Shown here: positions 1-8,222 of the stretch, piece after piece
How the letters are laid out: each line of letters starts with the position of its first letter
Numbering within the stretch: the stretch's first letter is position 1
DNA from: a bacterium
Lineage (GTDB): Bacteria > Spirochaetota > Spirochaetia > Treponematales > Rectinemataceae
Direction: 5' to 3'
NCBI GenBank assembly: GCA_021286735.1
Contig: JAJTBU010000001.1
Coordinates: forward strand, 1 to 34,466
Length of the DNA stretch: 34,466 nucleotides
Position numbers and translations under genes: made by a program
The notes under the pieces: model-generated
What the model was told of the DNA's origin: nothing
What the model saw: only the letters and a program-made list of their open reading frames with translations
Databases searched by the model: none

Positions 1-72
1 CCGCCTTCCGCCCCCCAGCCGCCTTCCGCCCCCCAGCCGCCTTCCGCCCCCCAGCCGCCTTCCGCGCCCTTG
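1..72 (+). repeat. 18-bp tandem repeat: CCGCCTTCCGCCCCCCAG x3 perfect, plus a degenerate 4th copy. It runs off the left window edge.
   Basis: Direct reading. Units at 1-18, 19-36 and 37-54 are identical. Unit 55-72 has 3 mismatches. In frame 1 each unit reads PPSAPQ. Confidence 0.9.
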
Positions 73-177
73 GCGACGCCCTCGCCGCCCACTGTCGCAG
101 CCTCCGCCAGCCTTTTCCCGCGTCGCCCGCCCAAGCTTGACCGTCCTCCGGCGAAGTGCCATCATGTGCGGCCATGA
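1..177 (+). CDS. 3' end of a truncated ORF with a Pro/Ala-rich (PPSAPQ)n tail; product unknown
   Basis: Frame 1 is open from the window edge to TGA 175-177. That stop overlaps ATG 174-176 of the next gene as ATGA, a translational-coupling geometry. Third codon positions are mostly G/C. The ORF is too short (58 codons) to appear in the ORF track. Confidence 0.35.
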   Translation, partial: PPSAPQPPSAPQPPSAPQPPSAPLATPSPPTVAASASLFPRRPPKLDRPPAKCHHVRP

Positions 178-644
178 TACCTGACAAAGTAAAAGCCGTT
201 CTCGACGCGGCCGGCCTCGCGGCCCTCGAGTTCGAGGAAGGCTCAACTCCCACCGCCGAGTCCGCGGCCGCCAAGATCGGCGTCGAAGTCGGCCAGATCG
301 CCAAGAGCCTTCTCTTCAAAGGCGCTTCGGGCCGCGTAGCCATGATCGTCTGCGCGGGCGACAAAAAAATTTCTTCGGGAAAGATAAAGCGGCTCTGCGG
401 AGAGAAGATGTCGATGACGAGCGCCGAGGAAACCTTCGCGCTCACCGGCTTCTGGCCCGGCGGCGTCTGCCCCTTCGGCGTCGGCGGCATTCCCGTCTAC
501 GTCGACGAGAGCCTCGCCCCCTGGGACATGATATATCCCGCCGCCGGCACGAATTCGACCGGCGTGCCGATGACCTACGCTCAGCTTCTGGCGGTGTCGG
601 GCGGCTCGGTCTGCGACGTGGCCTCGGATCCGACGGGCTCCTGA
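174..644 (+). CDS. YbaK/EbsC-family aminoacyl-tRNA trans-editing (deacylase) domain protein
   Basis: The translation looks like the YbaK/ProX fold by eye (KSLLFK, TGFWPGGVCPFG), and ~157 aa is a typical size. ATG 174 is preferred over the track's GTG 156 because of the ATGA overlap with the upstream frame-1 ORF. Confidence 0.75.
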   Translation: MIPDKVKAVLDAAGLAALEFEEGSTPTAESAAAKIGVEVGQIAKSLLFKGASGRVAMIVCAGDKKISSGKIKRLCGEKMSMTSAEETFALTGFWPGGVCPFGVGGIPVYVDESLAPWDMIYPAAGTNSTGVPMTYAQLLAVSGGSVCDVASDPTGS

Positions 645-1813
645 CGGACCTTCGCCGGGTCGGAGAAAGAGTCCGGCTCGATGCCGATCATCCCGAGCAG
701 GTAGCGGGCGACGTCGTCCGTGCCGGGTTCCATCGCCAGGCGCTCGAGGTTCTGGGTGTAGACCTGCAGCTCGTCGCCTTCCATGAGCCGTTTTATAAGG
801 TTGGAAAAGACGAAGGGATAGGGCGCGTACCAGCCGATCTTGTACTTTTTCGCGAACTGTATGATGTAGCGGTCGTTGTAGGTGGCCCATTCGGTGAAGA
901 TGAAAGGCTTGCCCATGAATATCGCCTCCATCGCGGTGGAGGCTCCCGCCTTGCCCACGATGGCGTCCGAGACGCTCATAAGCTCGTTCATGTTCGTGAC
1001 GTAGCCCAGCGACGCGAGCCCCGTGCGCGAGGAAATGGTTCGTTTCAGCGTGTCGAAGCGTCGCTTCGTCGACTTGTTGTTTCCCGCCACGACGATCAGG
1101 TTGACCGGCGTCTGCGTGAGGTAGAGGAGTTCGGCGAAGAAATAGATATTGCCTATGCCCTGCGCTCCGGCGCTGATGAGCAGGGTGAGCCGGCCCGGGT
1201 CGAGCCCGAGCTTCCGCAGGGGCTCTTCGCTGTGGGGCCTGATGTCGAAGAAGGCTTTCTTGATGGGAAAGCCGAACTGGTGGATGATCTCGGGCCGCAC
1301 GCCGTGGGCGATAAGCCTGTCCCGCGATTCCTGCGAGGCGACGAGGAGGGCGTCCGCCCCTTCGTTGGCCCACCAGGAATAGCCGTCGAAGGGGTCGACC
1401 ACGTAGGCCGCCACCTTGAAGTTCATGCCGAGAGTCTCCCGGGCCTTCACCGCTATGTAGAGCGTGAGCGGGTGCGTGCAAAAGATCATGTCGGGCTTGT
1501 AGTGTTCGATGTAGTCGATGCCCTTTATCACGAACTCGCGGAAGAGGACGTCGATGTATTTCTTGTTCTTGCCGCTCATCTCCACGAGGAGGTAGCCGAT
1601 GCGCGCCGACAGGGGAAAGGCGAGCGCGATGTCCCAGGAGCCCTTGATCGCGAGGTCGTCGCGGTAGGCGCCGCTTTCCTTGGCGAAATCGACGACATCC
1701 ACGCTGACCTGGTCGCCGGCGAAGGATTCGAGCGATTCCTCTACCGCCATGGCGGGGGATTTGTGGCCGAAGCCGGTTTCGAGCATCGTGACTAGAATTT
1801 TTCTCTTATCCAT
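581..1813 (-). CDS. Monogalactosyl/monoglucosyl-diacylglycerol synthase (MGDG_synth / UgtP-like, GT28)
   Basis: The N-terminus has GFGHKSPAMAV (the G-x-GH motif of the MGDG-synthase N domain). The C-terminus has the GT28 motif GKAGASTAMEAIFMGKPFI. The 3' end overlaps the YbaK gene by 64 bp. Confidence 0.8.
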   Translation of the reverse strand: MDKRKILVTMLETGFGHKSPAMAVEESLESFAGDQVSVDVVDFAKESGAYRDDLAIKGSWDIALAFPLSARIGYLLVEMSGKNKKYIDVLFREFVIKGIDYIEHYKPDMIFCTHPLTLYIAVKARETLGMNFKVAAYVVDPFDGYSWWANEGADALLVASQESRDRLIAHGVRPEIIHQFGFPIKKAFFDIRPHSEEPLRKLGLDPGRLTLLISAGAQGIGNIYFFAELLYLTQTPVNLIVVAGNNKSTKRRFDTLKRTISSRTGLASLGYVTNMNELMSVSDAIVGKAGASTAMEAIFMGKPFIFTEWATYNDRYIIQFAKKYKIGWYAPYPFVFSNLIKRLMEGDELQVYTQNLERLAMEPGTDDVARYLLGMIGIEPDSFSDPAKVRQEPVGSEATSQTEPPDTARS

Positions 1814-1867
1814 TGTTCCTTCCTGGTGCGCGAGGTTCGCTTCGGCCCGGACCGCCGGCGATAAAAG

Positions 1868-2377
1868 CTAGAGCGCCGCTTTCGCGGCGGCGAGCGCCCC
1901 CGCGTAGTCGGGTTCCTGGGCGATCTCCGGCACTTGCTGCGTGTACACGACGACATTCTCCTTATTCAAAACGACGACCGCCCGCGATAGTAACCCGGCG
2001 AGGGGGCCGCTCGTCATTTCGACGCCGTATTTTCTGCCAAACTCGCGGTCGCGCAGCTCCGAGAGGGGAACGACGGCTTTTATGCCTTCGGCTTCGCAGA
2101 AGCGCTTCTGTGCGAAGGGCAGATCCCGGCTCACCGTCAGCACGACGACGCCACCCAAGTTTTCGGCGGCCTTGTTGAAGGCGCGGGCGCTGGCGGCGCA
2201 GACGCCGGTGTCCAGGCTGGGGACTATGTTCAGGATCTTCACCTTTCCGGCGAAGTCCGCGAGCCCCACGTCGGCGAGGTCGCCGCGGGTAAGCGAAAAG
2301 TTGGGGGCGATCGCGCCCGGCGCCGGCAAGTCGCCCAACGTGGATACCGGGTTGCCCTTGAACGTGATGGTGGCCAT
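1868..2377 (-). CDS. tpx: Thiol peroxidase (atypical 2-Cys peroxiredoxin Tpx)
   Basis: MATITFKGNPV... with peroxidatic-Cys motif SLDTGVCA. ATG 2377 is preceded by AAGGAGGG with a 5-nt spacer. The 38 extra N-terminal codons of the track ORF (to 2491) were rejected. Confidence 0.9.
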   Translation of the reverse strand: MATITFKGNPVSTLGDLPAPGAIAPNFSLTRGDLADVGLADFAGKVKILNIVPSLDTGVCAASARAFNKAAENLGGVVVLTVSRDLPFAQKRFCEAEGIKAVVPLSELRDREFGRKYGVEMTSGPLAGLLSRAVVVLNKENVVVYTQQVPEIAQEPDYAGALAAAKAAL

Positions 2378-2484
2378 CCTGACCCTCCTTACATAAAGTC
2401 CTGAGTAGAAAGTAGTAAAAACCAGCCTGCCGAGGCAATTCCCGGGCCGCATATTCCGCCGACCTCCTCGGGAACGCGAAATGT

Positions 2485-2513
2485 TTGACATTCAAAGGTC
2501 AAAGGGATATGTT
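2485..2513 (+). promoter_or_regulatory. Sigma70-like promoter TTGACA-N17-TATGTT. The -10 ends 6 nt before ATG 2520, a leaderless geometry.
   Basis: TTGACA at 2485-2490, a 17-nt spacer, TATGTT at 2508-2513. There is no SD between the -10 and the ATG. An inverted repeat TTGAC-N8-GTCAA (2485-2502) overlaps the -35. Confidence 0.5.
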
Positions 2514-2519
2514 TTTTTC

Positions 2520-3686
2520 ATGAGTCAAGTGAGGACGGGACTATTCAACGACGGGTACGTCCCGATCATGGACGGCGTCACGATAACGGTCCGGAACTAT
2601 GCCCTCTGGCTCTCCAAGATGCTGGGCCCGACTTCGGTCGTGACGCCCTTCATGCCCAACTACAAAGACGATGAGCCCTTTCCCGTCATCCGCTTCCTCT
2701 CCATGTCCACCATCGTGCGCCCTCCTTACCGCATCGGCCTGCCCGAGCTGGACTTCAAGCTCCAGCATCAGCTCAAGGCCGCGGATTTCGATATCGTCCA
2801 CGCCCATTCGCCTTTCGCGGCGGGTCTCCTCGCCAAGCGGGTGGCCAAGGAAAAGCATATCCCGATCGTCGCGACCTTCCATTCGAAGTACAGGGAGGAT
2901 TTCGACCATATCTTCGGATTCAAGCCCATCGTCAACGAGCAGATGAAACACGTCATCGATTTCTTCTACAGCGTCGACCACGTCTGGGTGCCCCAGGAGT
3001 CGGTCGCCCACACGCTCCGCGAGTACGGCTACAAGGGTCCCTATGAGGTCGTGGAGAACGGGATCGACATGGCCCCCCCGGCCGATGTCGGGCCTTATCG
3101 GGAAAGGGGTGCCAGATACCTCGGGCTTCCGGAGGGAATTCCCGTCGGTCTCTACGTGGGGCAGCACGTCTTCGAGAAAAACCTCGAGTTCCTCGTGCAT
3201 TCCCTCCCCGCGATCATCGCGGCCAGGCCGGACTTCGAGATGGTCTTCGTCGGCAAGGGCTACGCGAAACCCCAGCTGCAGCAGCTGGTGCGAAGCCTGG
3301 GGATGCAGGATAACGTGATTTTCCACGACGTGGTCTATGATCGCGAGCTTCTGCAGACGATCTACGCCCGCGGCGATATTTTCCTTTTTCCTTCTCTTTA
3401 CGATACTTGGTCGCTGGTCATCAGGGAAGCCGCGGCGATGGGGACGGCATCCGTCGTGCTTTCGGGATCGAACGTCGCGGAGGCGGTGAACGACGAGATC
3501 AACGGGTATGTATCTGAAAATAGCCAGGAGGCTTTTTCCGCGAAGGTGCTGGAAGCCCTGGACGACGATGTGAAACGCGCGGGAATCGCCTTGAACGCGC
3601 AGAAAACGCTTTGTCGCACCTGGGAAAATGTCGTCGGGGAAGTCCGGGAACGCTACCTGCAAATCCTCTCGCGCTGGGAAAGCTGA
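2520..3686 (+). CDS. GT4-family (GT-B) glycosyltransferase, likely a diacylglycerol glycosyltransferase-type lipid GT
   Basis: The N-terminus GLFNDGYVPIMDGV is typical of alMGS-like GT4 enzymes. DIVHAHSPF and REAAAMG motifs are present. The start at ATG 2520 gives a canonical N-terminal length. Confidence 0.7.
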   Translation: MSQVRTGLFNDGYVPIMDGVTITVRNYALWLSKMLGPTSVVTPFMPNYKDDEPFPVIRFLSMSTIVRPPYRIGLPELDFKLQHQLKAADFDIVHAHSPFAAGLLAKRVAKEKHIPIVATFHSKYREDFDHIFGFKPIVNEQMKHVIDFFYSVDHVWVPQESVAHTLREYGYKGPYEVVENGIDMAPPADVGPYRERGARYLGLPEGIPVGLYVGQHVFEKNLEFLVHSLPAIIAARPDFEMVFVGKGYAKPQLQQLVRSLGMQDNVIFHDVVYDRELLQTIYARGDIFLFPSLYDTWSLVIREAAAMGTASVVLSGSNVAEAVNDEINGYVSENSQEAFSAKVLEALDDDVKRAGIALNAQKTLCRTWENVVGEVRERYLQILSRWES

Positions 3687-3702
3687 GCGGAGTCGCCGGG
3701 CT

Positions 3703-3723
3703 CGCGCGGGCTTGGGCCGCGCG
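3703..3723. terminator. GC hairpin between convergent genes (7-bp stem CGCGCGG/CCGCGCG, 7-nt loop); no clear U tract
   Basis: Read directly: arms at 3703-3709 and 3717-3723. It lies in the 60-bp gap between the GT4 stop and the dNK stop. Confidence 0.25.
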
Positions 3724-3746
3724 CCGCCGGGCCTCCTTCGTCGGCC

Positions 3747-4391
3747 TCACATTTCATAAGGGAAGAGGAGCGACTGCTTGTCCTGCAGGCGCCGCCGCAC
3801 CGTGTTCACGATGCAGGCCAAATCGCGCGAATCGTCCACGAAGTCGAGCCTGTCGCCGGGGATGGTGAGCACCGGTGCGAGGGTGAACGACTGGATCCAC
3901 TCCTCGTAGAGGGCGTTCAGCCCTTGGAGATAGGTGTCGGGGATGTTCGCCTCGAAATCGCGCCCGCGTTTGGCGATCCGCTGCCTGAGGGTGGAGGCCG
4001 AGGCGCGGATGTAGATGACGAGGTCGGGGGGAGGGAGGATCGAGGCCAGGGTGCGGTAGAGTTCCTGGTAGGTGGCCCATTCTTCCGCGCCCATGGCGCC
4101 CTGCAGGTGCAAATTTCGGGCGAAGACTTCGGCGTCCTCGTAGAGGGAGCGGTCCTGGACGACGGATCGCGGGTCGGCCATGAGGTCCCGGTGTCCCTTG
4201 GCCCTGCTCGTGAGGAAGAATACTTGGGAATGGAAGGCCCAGCGCCGCATGTCGGCGTAGAAGTCCTTGAGGAAGGGATTTTCGGCGACTGGCTCGTAGT
4301 AGGGCGCGAAGTCGAGCTTTTCCGCCAGGAGGCTCACGAGGGTGGATTTCCCGGCTCCGATGTTGCCGGCAAGGACGAGATATTTTTTCAC
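3747..4391 (-). CDS. Deoxynucleoside kinase (dAK/dGK/dCK family)
   Basis: P-loop GNIGAGKST, QDRSLYED (the DRS motif), and the Arg-rich lid RIAKRGRDFE. Confidence 0.85.
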   Translation of the reverse strand: MKKYLVLAGNIGAGKSTLVSLLAEKLDFAPYYEPVAENPFLKDFYADMRRWAFHSQVFFLTSRAKGHRDLMADPRSVVQDRSLYEDAEVFARNLHLQGAMGAEEWATYQELYRTLASILPPPDLVIYIRASASTLRQRIAKRGRDFEANIPDTYLQGLNALYEEWIQSFTLAPVLTIPGDRLDFVDDSRDLACIVNTVRRRLQDKQSLLFPYEM

Positions 4392-4412
4392 GCTGGTTCC
4401 GCTTTGGGGCGA

Positions 4413-5156
4413 CTATACCCTATAGCCGCCCGGGTATTTTTGCAAGCGCGAATCGCCGCCGCCGCGGCTCTTCGGCCTGCGGACGCTCAGCTCGCGGCTA
4501 TCGAATCGACGCTTTGGCAGTGTTTCCTCGGCGCCGGGGTTGAGGACGGGGGCCGCCCTCGCGAGGGCCGAGGGAAGGGCGTCCAGGATGGACGCGCGCC
4601 GTCCAGCCTCGCTGGGATCCAGGGCGACTATCTCGCTCGAAAAGTCGGCCATGGGCGGGGGAATCAGTCCAAAAAGGTCGCCCATCCGGTCCGCGCCGGC
4701 GAAGTGCCGGGCCCTCTCTCCGGGGACGGGAGCCATGCCGTGGCAGAGCGCGAAGGCGGGCTCGCCGTTTTTGTTCAGTATCGAGCAGAAACCGAAGAGT
4801 CGGCAGATGAGGGGCCTGCTCGGGTACACCATGCAGTTCTCGCCCGGCTTCGACTCGTCCCAGAAGGGGCAGGCCGCGTCCCTGGCGTATGAAGCCTCGC
4901 GTCGGGCAAAAAAATGATCGACCATGGCCGGGCGCTCGGTGAGGATGAAGAGGGCGAGGCGATCGGCCTCGACGGGCATGACATCGGGGACGAAGTGGAT
5001 GCAACAGTTCCCGCAGCGGGGCGGGCAGGCGACGGGTTTCCCGCGTTCGGCGGCGGATCGCCTGAAATCGGCCTGTTCCCGCTCGATGCGAGCGTAGATA
5101 GTATCGAGGGCGCCCGTTCGTCGGGCGAGCGTCGTGTCCCGTCGGGTTGCTACCAT
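4413..5156 (-). CDS. YkgJ-family (UPF0153) cysteine-cluster zinc/iron-chelating protein
   Basis: The CPPRCGNCC motif plus later Cys residues (CPFW, CMVYPSRPLICRLFG) are typical of the family. ATG 5156 (MVATRRD) was chosen. The track start at 5312 would add 52 non-conserved-looking residues. The start is uncertain. Confidence 0.65.
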   Translation of the reverse strand: MVATRRDTTLARRTGALDTIYARIEREQADFRRSAAERGKPVACPPRCGNCCIHFVPDVMPVEADRLALFILTERPAMVDHFFARREASYARDAACPFWDESKPGENCMVYPSRPLICRLFGFCSILNKNGEPAFALCHGMAPVPGERARHFAGADRMGDLFGLIPPPMADFSSEIVALDPSEAGRRASILDALPSALARAAPVLNPGAEETLPKRRFDSRELSVRRPKSRGGGDSRLQKYPGGYRV

Positions 5157-5321
5157 AATATGTCCTGTCGACTCGGTCCGAAATTCGAAGCGGAGGCATG
5201 ATACAAAACCAGGGCTGCTTTGTTCAATATGGAGTATGCCAAGGCCGTTCCGCCGTGGTATATTCGACCAATCCAGCTGAAAGGCGCCCAAGGCTGCCTG
5301 ACGCAGCATCAAGGAGAAAGA

Positions 5322-6860
5322 ATGCGCTCCTCTTCGAAAAACATACTGTCCGCCTTCAGGGTCGCGGCAGCGCTCGCGCTCTTAGTCGCCGCCGGCGGAT
5401 TCGCCTACGCCCAGACCGCTCAACAGGCACAACCGGCGGCTCCGGCGCCCGCCGCGCCCGCGGCTGTCCAGCAGGCTGTTCCGGCCGCCGCCCAGCCCGC
5501 CGTCGTTCCCGATTTCTACGCCGACGCCCCCGCGGCCGACCGCGAAGTCCTCGCGACGGCCGACGCCTTTGCCAAGGCCGGGAAATGGCTCTCCGCCTGG
5601 AAGGCCCTGTCCTCCTACGACGCCGCCAACGCCAACCCCTACATCCTCGCGAAAAAGATCGGCCTCGCGCTCGACGGCTACGCGCAGACGACCCTCCACA
5701 CCGTCTTCGGATTCGTCGACCTCGCCGAGGGCCAGGATCTCGAGTCGGTCCGCGCCGATGGCGTCGCTATCGACGATCCCGTCGAGTTCAATCCCGCCGA
5801 CCTCGCCAAGGCGATCGAGGCCAAGGGCGGAGCCCTGCCCCCCGTCCTCTCGATGATGCTCGGCGATTTCTACTACGTCGTCTGGTCCAGCTACCAGGGC
5901 CAGTGGATGGAGGAGGACGCCGCCATCCTCGCCAAGTCCGCGGAAGGCTACGAGCGCGCCTTCGCCTACGAGACCTACACTGCCGAGTCCCTCGACCGCC
6001 AGTCCCAGATCCTCGTCGCCATGGAGCGCTTCGATGCGGCCGTCTCCATCCTGAAGAAGGCCCTGGCGCTCGCGCCGGACAGCAATGCCCTCGCTATCCG
6101 CCTGGCCGACGCCTATGTCTCGATGGGCAGCTTCGCCGAAGTCTTCCCCCTCGTCGACAAGATCATCGCCTCGTCCGAGGACAGCGAGCAGCTCAACAAC
6201 GCCTACATCGCCGCGATCAAGGCGGGCCTCGCCGCCAACAACAAGGAGACGCTCGAGAAATACGTCGCCTCCTTCGAGAAGAAATTCCCCGAAGAGTACG
6301 TGCCCGGCTTGATCCGCCACGTGGTCGCCGTCCAGCTCGGCGACGGCCCCGCGGCCGACGCCGCCGCCGACGCCGTCACCGCGGCCTTCCCCGGCAACCC
6401 CGACGTCATCCGCTCGCTGATCTCCACCTGGCTCTCGGCCAACGATTTCGATTCCGGCTTCAGGTTCCTCGACCGCGCGATGGCCAAGGGCGGAACCGAC
6501 GACCACATGGCCGCCCTGTACTTCTACAAGGCGCTTCTCCTGGGCGAGAAGGGCCAGACCGCGGAGATCATGACCGAGGCGCTCGCCACCCTGGCCAAGG
6601 CCGAGGAGTACTTCAAGAAGAGCTATCCGGAAGGGCATCAGGTCTTCGGCATGCTGGAACAGCTCAAAGGCCAGTGGACCGCGGCGCTGAACGCCGCCGC
6701 CGCTCCCGCGGCGGCACCGGCCGCGGCTCCGGCCGCTCCGGCGACGCCCCAGGCGACCGCTCCCGCCGCCGCCCCCGCGGCGACGACGACGGCGCAGCCC
6801 GCGGCCGACCAGTCCGCTCCGGCCGCCGAAGCCGACGCTACCAGCGCCGCGACCAACTGA
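5322..6860 (+). CDS. Secreted helical-repeat (TPR-like) protein with Ala/Pro-rich N- and C-terminal linkers; function unknown
   Basis: ATG 5322 is preceded by AGGAGA. The signal peptide is MRSSSKNILSAFRVAAALALLVAAGGFAYA|Q. The core is alpha-helical and repeat-like. The (A/P)-rich tails include AAAPAAAPAAAPAAP. Confidence 0.6.
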   Translation: MRSSSKNILSAFRVAAALALLVAAGGFAYAQTAQQAQPAAPAPAAPAAVQQAVPAAAQPAVVPDFYADAPAADREVLATADAFAKAGKWLSAWKALSSYDAANANPYILAKKIGLALDGYAQTTLHTVFGFVDLAEGQDLESVRADGVAIDDPVEFNPADLAKAIEAKGGALPPVLSMMLGDFYYVVWSSYQGQWMEEDAAILAKSAEGYERAFAYETYTAESLDRQSQILVAMERFDAAVSILKKALALAPDSNALAIRLADAYVSMGSFAEVFPLVDKIIASSEDSEQLNNAYIAAIKAGLAANNKETLEKYVASFEKKFPEEYVPGLIRHVVAVQLGDGPAADAAADAVTAAFPGNPDVIRSLISTWLSANDFDSGFRFLDRAMAKGGTDDHMAALYFYKALLLGEKGQTAEIMTEALATLAKAEEYFKKSYPEGHQVFGMLEQLKGQWTAALNAAAAPAAAPAAAPAAPATPQATAPAAAPAATTTAQPAADQSAPAAEADATSAATN

Positions 6861-6888
6861 GCGGGGCGGCATCTTCCCGCGGTCGACG

Positions 6889-6926
6889 GGGGCGCCGGGG
6901 CGAAAGCTCCGGCGCCCCTCGTTTAT
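6889..6926 (+). terminator. Intrinsic terminator downstream of the TPR-like gene
   Basis: GGGGCGCCGG (6889-6898) pairs with CCGGCGCCCC (6909-6918). The stem extends by 3 more pairs around a GAAA tetraloop and is followed by TCGTTTAT. Confidence 0.6.
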
Positions 6927-6927
6927 A

Positions 6928-6956
6928 TTGATCTTATTCGCTCCCCTTATTACTAT
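6928..6956 (+). promoter_or_regulatory. Candidate nagA promoter TTGATC-N17-TACTAT
   Basis: Lies in an AT-rich island in otherwise GC-rich DNA. A GGGAG SD lies 4 nt before ATG 6986. A direct CTTATT repeat occurs at 6933 and 6946. Confidence 0.35.
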
Positions 6957-6985
6957 CTGTATAGGCGCAAGCCTCCGGGAGTCAT

Positions 6986-8152
6986 ATGTCGTCCATCTGC
7001 ATCCATAACGCCACCGTCGTCGCCGGCTACGCGCAGATGCCGGAGAGCGCCGTGCTCGTCGAAGGCCAGAACATCGTCGACGTTTTTTCCGAGCGACGCT
7101 TCGCCCAGAAGCATTTTGACGCCGACGATACCCTGATCGACGCTAAAGGCGCCTACCTCGTGCCGGGCCTGATCGATTCCCACATCCACGGATTCTGCGG
7201 CGTGGGCACCGAGGACCTGAGCGCCGACGCCATCCTCGCCATGTCGGAGCGGCTCGCCCCCTTCGGCGTCGCGGCCTTCTGCCCGACCCTCTACCCCATG
7301 GCGGAAGAGGAGATGATCGCCGGGATCCGCGCGGTCGTCCAAGCCATGGGCCGCGAGAAGGGCGCCACCATCCTGGGCATCCACCTGGAGGGCCCCTTCA
7401 TCTCGCCCAAGCGGCTCGGCGTCCAGCGGCCCGAGACCGTGCGCGCCGTCGACCTCGACCTCCTCCACAGGCTCTACCAGGCCGCCGAGGGACACATCGT
7501 CAACATGACGGTGGCGCCCGAGCTCAAGGGCATGCGCGAGCTCGCGCTGTACTGCAACAACGTCGGCATCGTGCTCCAGGCGGGCCACACCGACGCCACC
7601 TACGAGAACATGATCGAGGGCATGCAGGCCGGCATCCGCCACGCCACGCACTTCTTCAACGCGATGAGCCGGCTGGACCACCGCAACCCGAACGCGGTCG
7701 GCGCCATCCTCATCCAGCCCGACCTGTCCTGCGAGATCATCGCCGACGGCAAGCACGTGCACCCCGACCTCATAAGGCTGCTGGTACGCGACAAGCCGGA
7801 CACGAACATCGTCCTCGTCACCGACGCGCTAAAGCCGACCGAGCAGGCGAGCGGACCCTTCATCGCCAACGGCGAGGAGGTCTACCTCGAGGACAAGCTC
7901 TTCCACCGGAAACTGGACGACGTGATCGCGGGCAGCTCGCTCACGATGGTCGAGGGGCTGAAGAACCTCGTCGGCTTCGGGATTCCCCTGGAAGTCGCCG
8001 TGAAGATGGCCTCCTCCAACCCGGCGCGCATCCTGCGCCTTCCCAAGATGGGCGAGATCAGCCCCGGCTACTTCGCCGACATGGCCCTGCTCTCCAAGGA
8101 CTTCGAGGTCGAGCTGAACATGGTCAAGGGCGAGTTCGTCTACAGGAAATGA
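6986..8152 (+). CDS. nagA: N-acetylglucosamine-6-phosphate deacetylase
   Basis: Motifs [21 protein letters not shown] and THFFNAM. Confidence 0.9.
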   Translation: MSSICIHNATVVAGYAQMPESAVLVEGQNIVDVFSERRFAQKHFDADDTLIDAKGAYLVPGLIDSHIHGFCGVGTEDLSADAILAMSERLAPFGVAAFCPTLYPMAEEEMIAGIRAVVQAMGREKGATILGIHLEGPFISPKRLGVQRPETVRAVDLDLLHRLYQAAEGHIVNMTVAPELKGMRELALYCNNVGIVLQAGHTDATYENMIEGMQAGIRHATHFFNAMSRLDHRNPNAVGAILIQPDLSCEIIADGKHVHPDLIRLLVRDKPDTNIVLVTDALKPTEQASGPFIANGEEVYLEDKLFHRKLDDVIAGSSLTMVEGLKNLVGFGIPLEVAVKMASSNPARILRLPKMGEISPGYFADMALLSKDFEVELNMVKGEFVYRK

Positions 8153-8222
8153 AGGGAGCCGGCGCGCCGGCCCCGCCACCACGCGGCGCCCGCGAGCGGC
8201 GCCGACAACGAGAGGTATAGCG

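Noticed and set aside
1-72. The 18-bp repeats considered as a possible CRISPR array fragment.
   Set aside because: The units are directly adjacent with no spacers, they are too short, and they are in frame with an open reading frame. This is a coding tandem repeat, not a CRISPR array.
5198-6931. A 577-aa ORF that fully encloses the TPR-like gene in another frame.
   Set aside because: Its composition is extremely Arg/Pro/Gly-rich (RRRRPRG runs), which is typical of off-frame reading in GC-rich coding DNA. The 5322-6860 frame has a signal peptide, an SD and a balanced composition.
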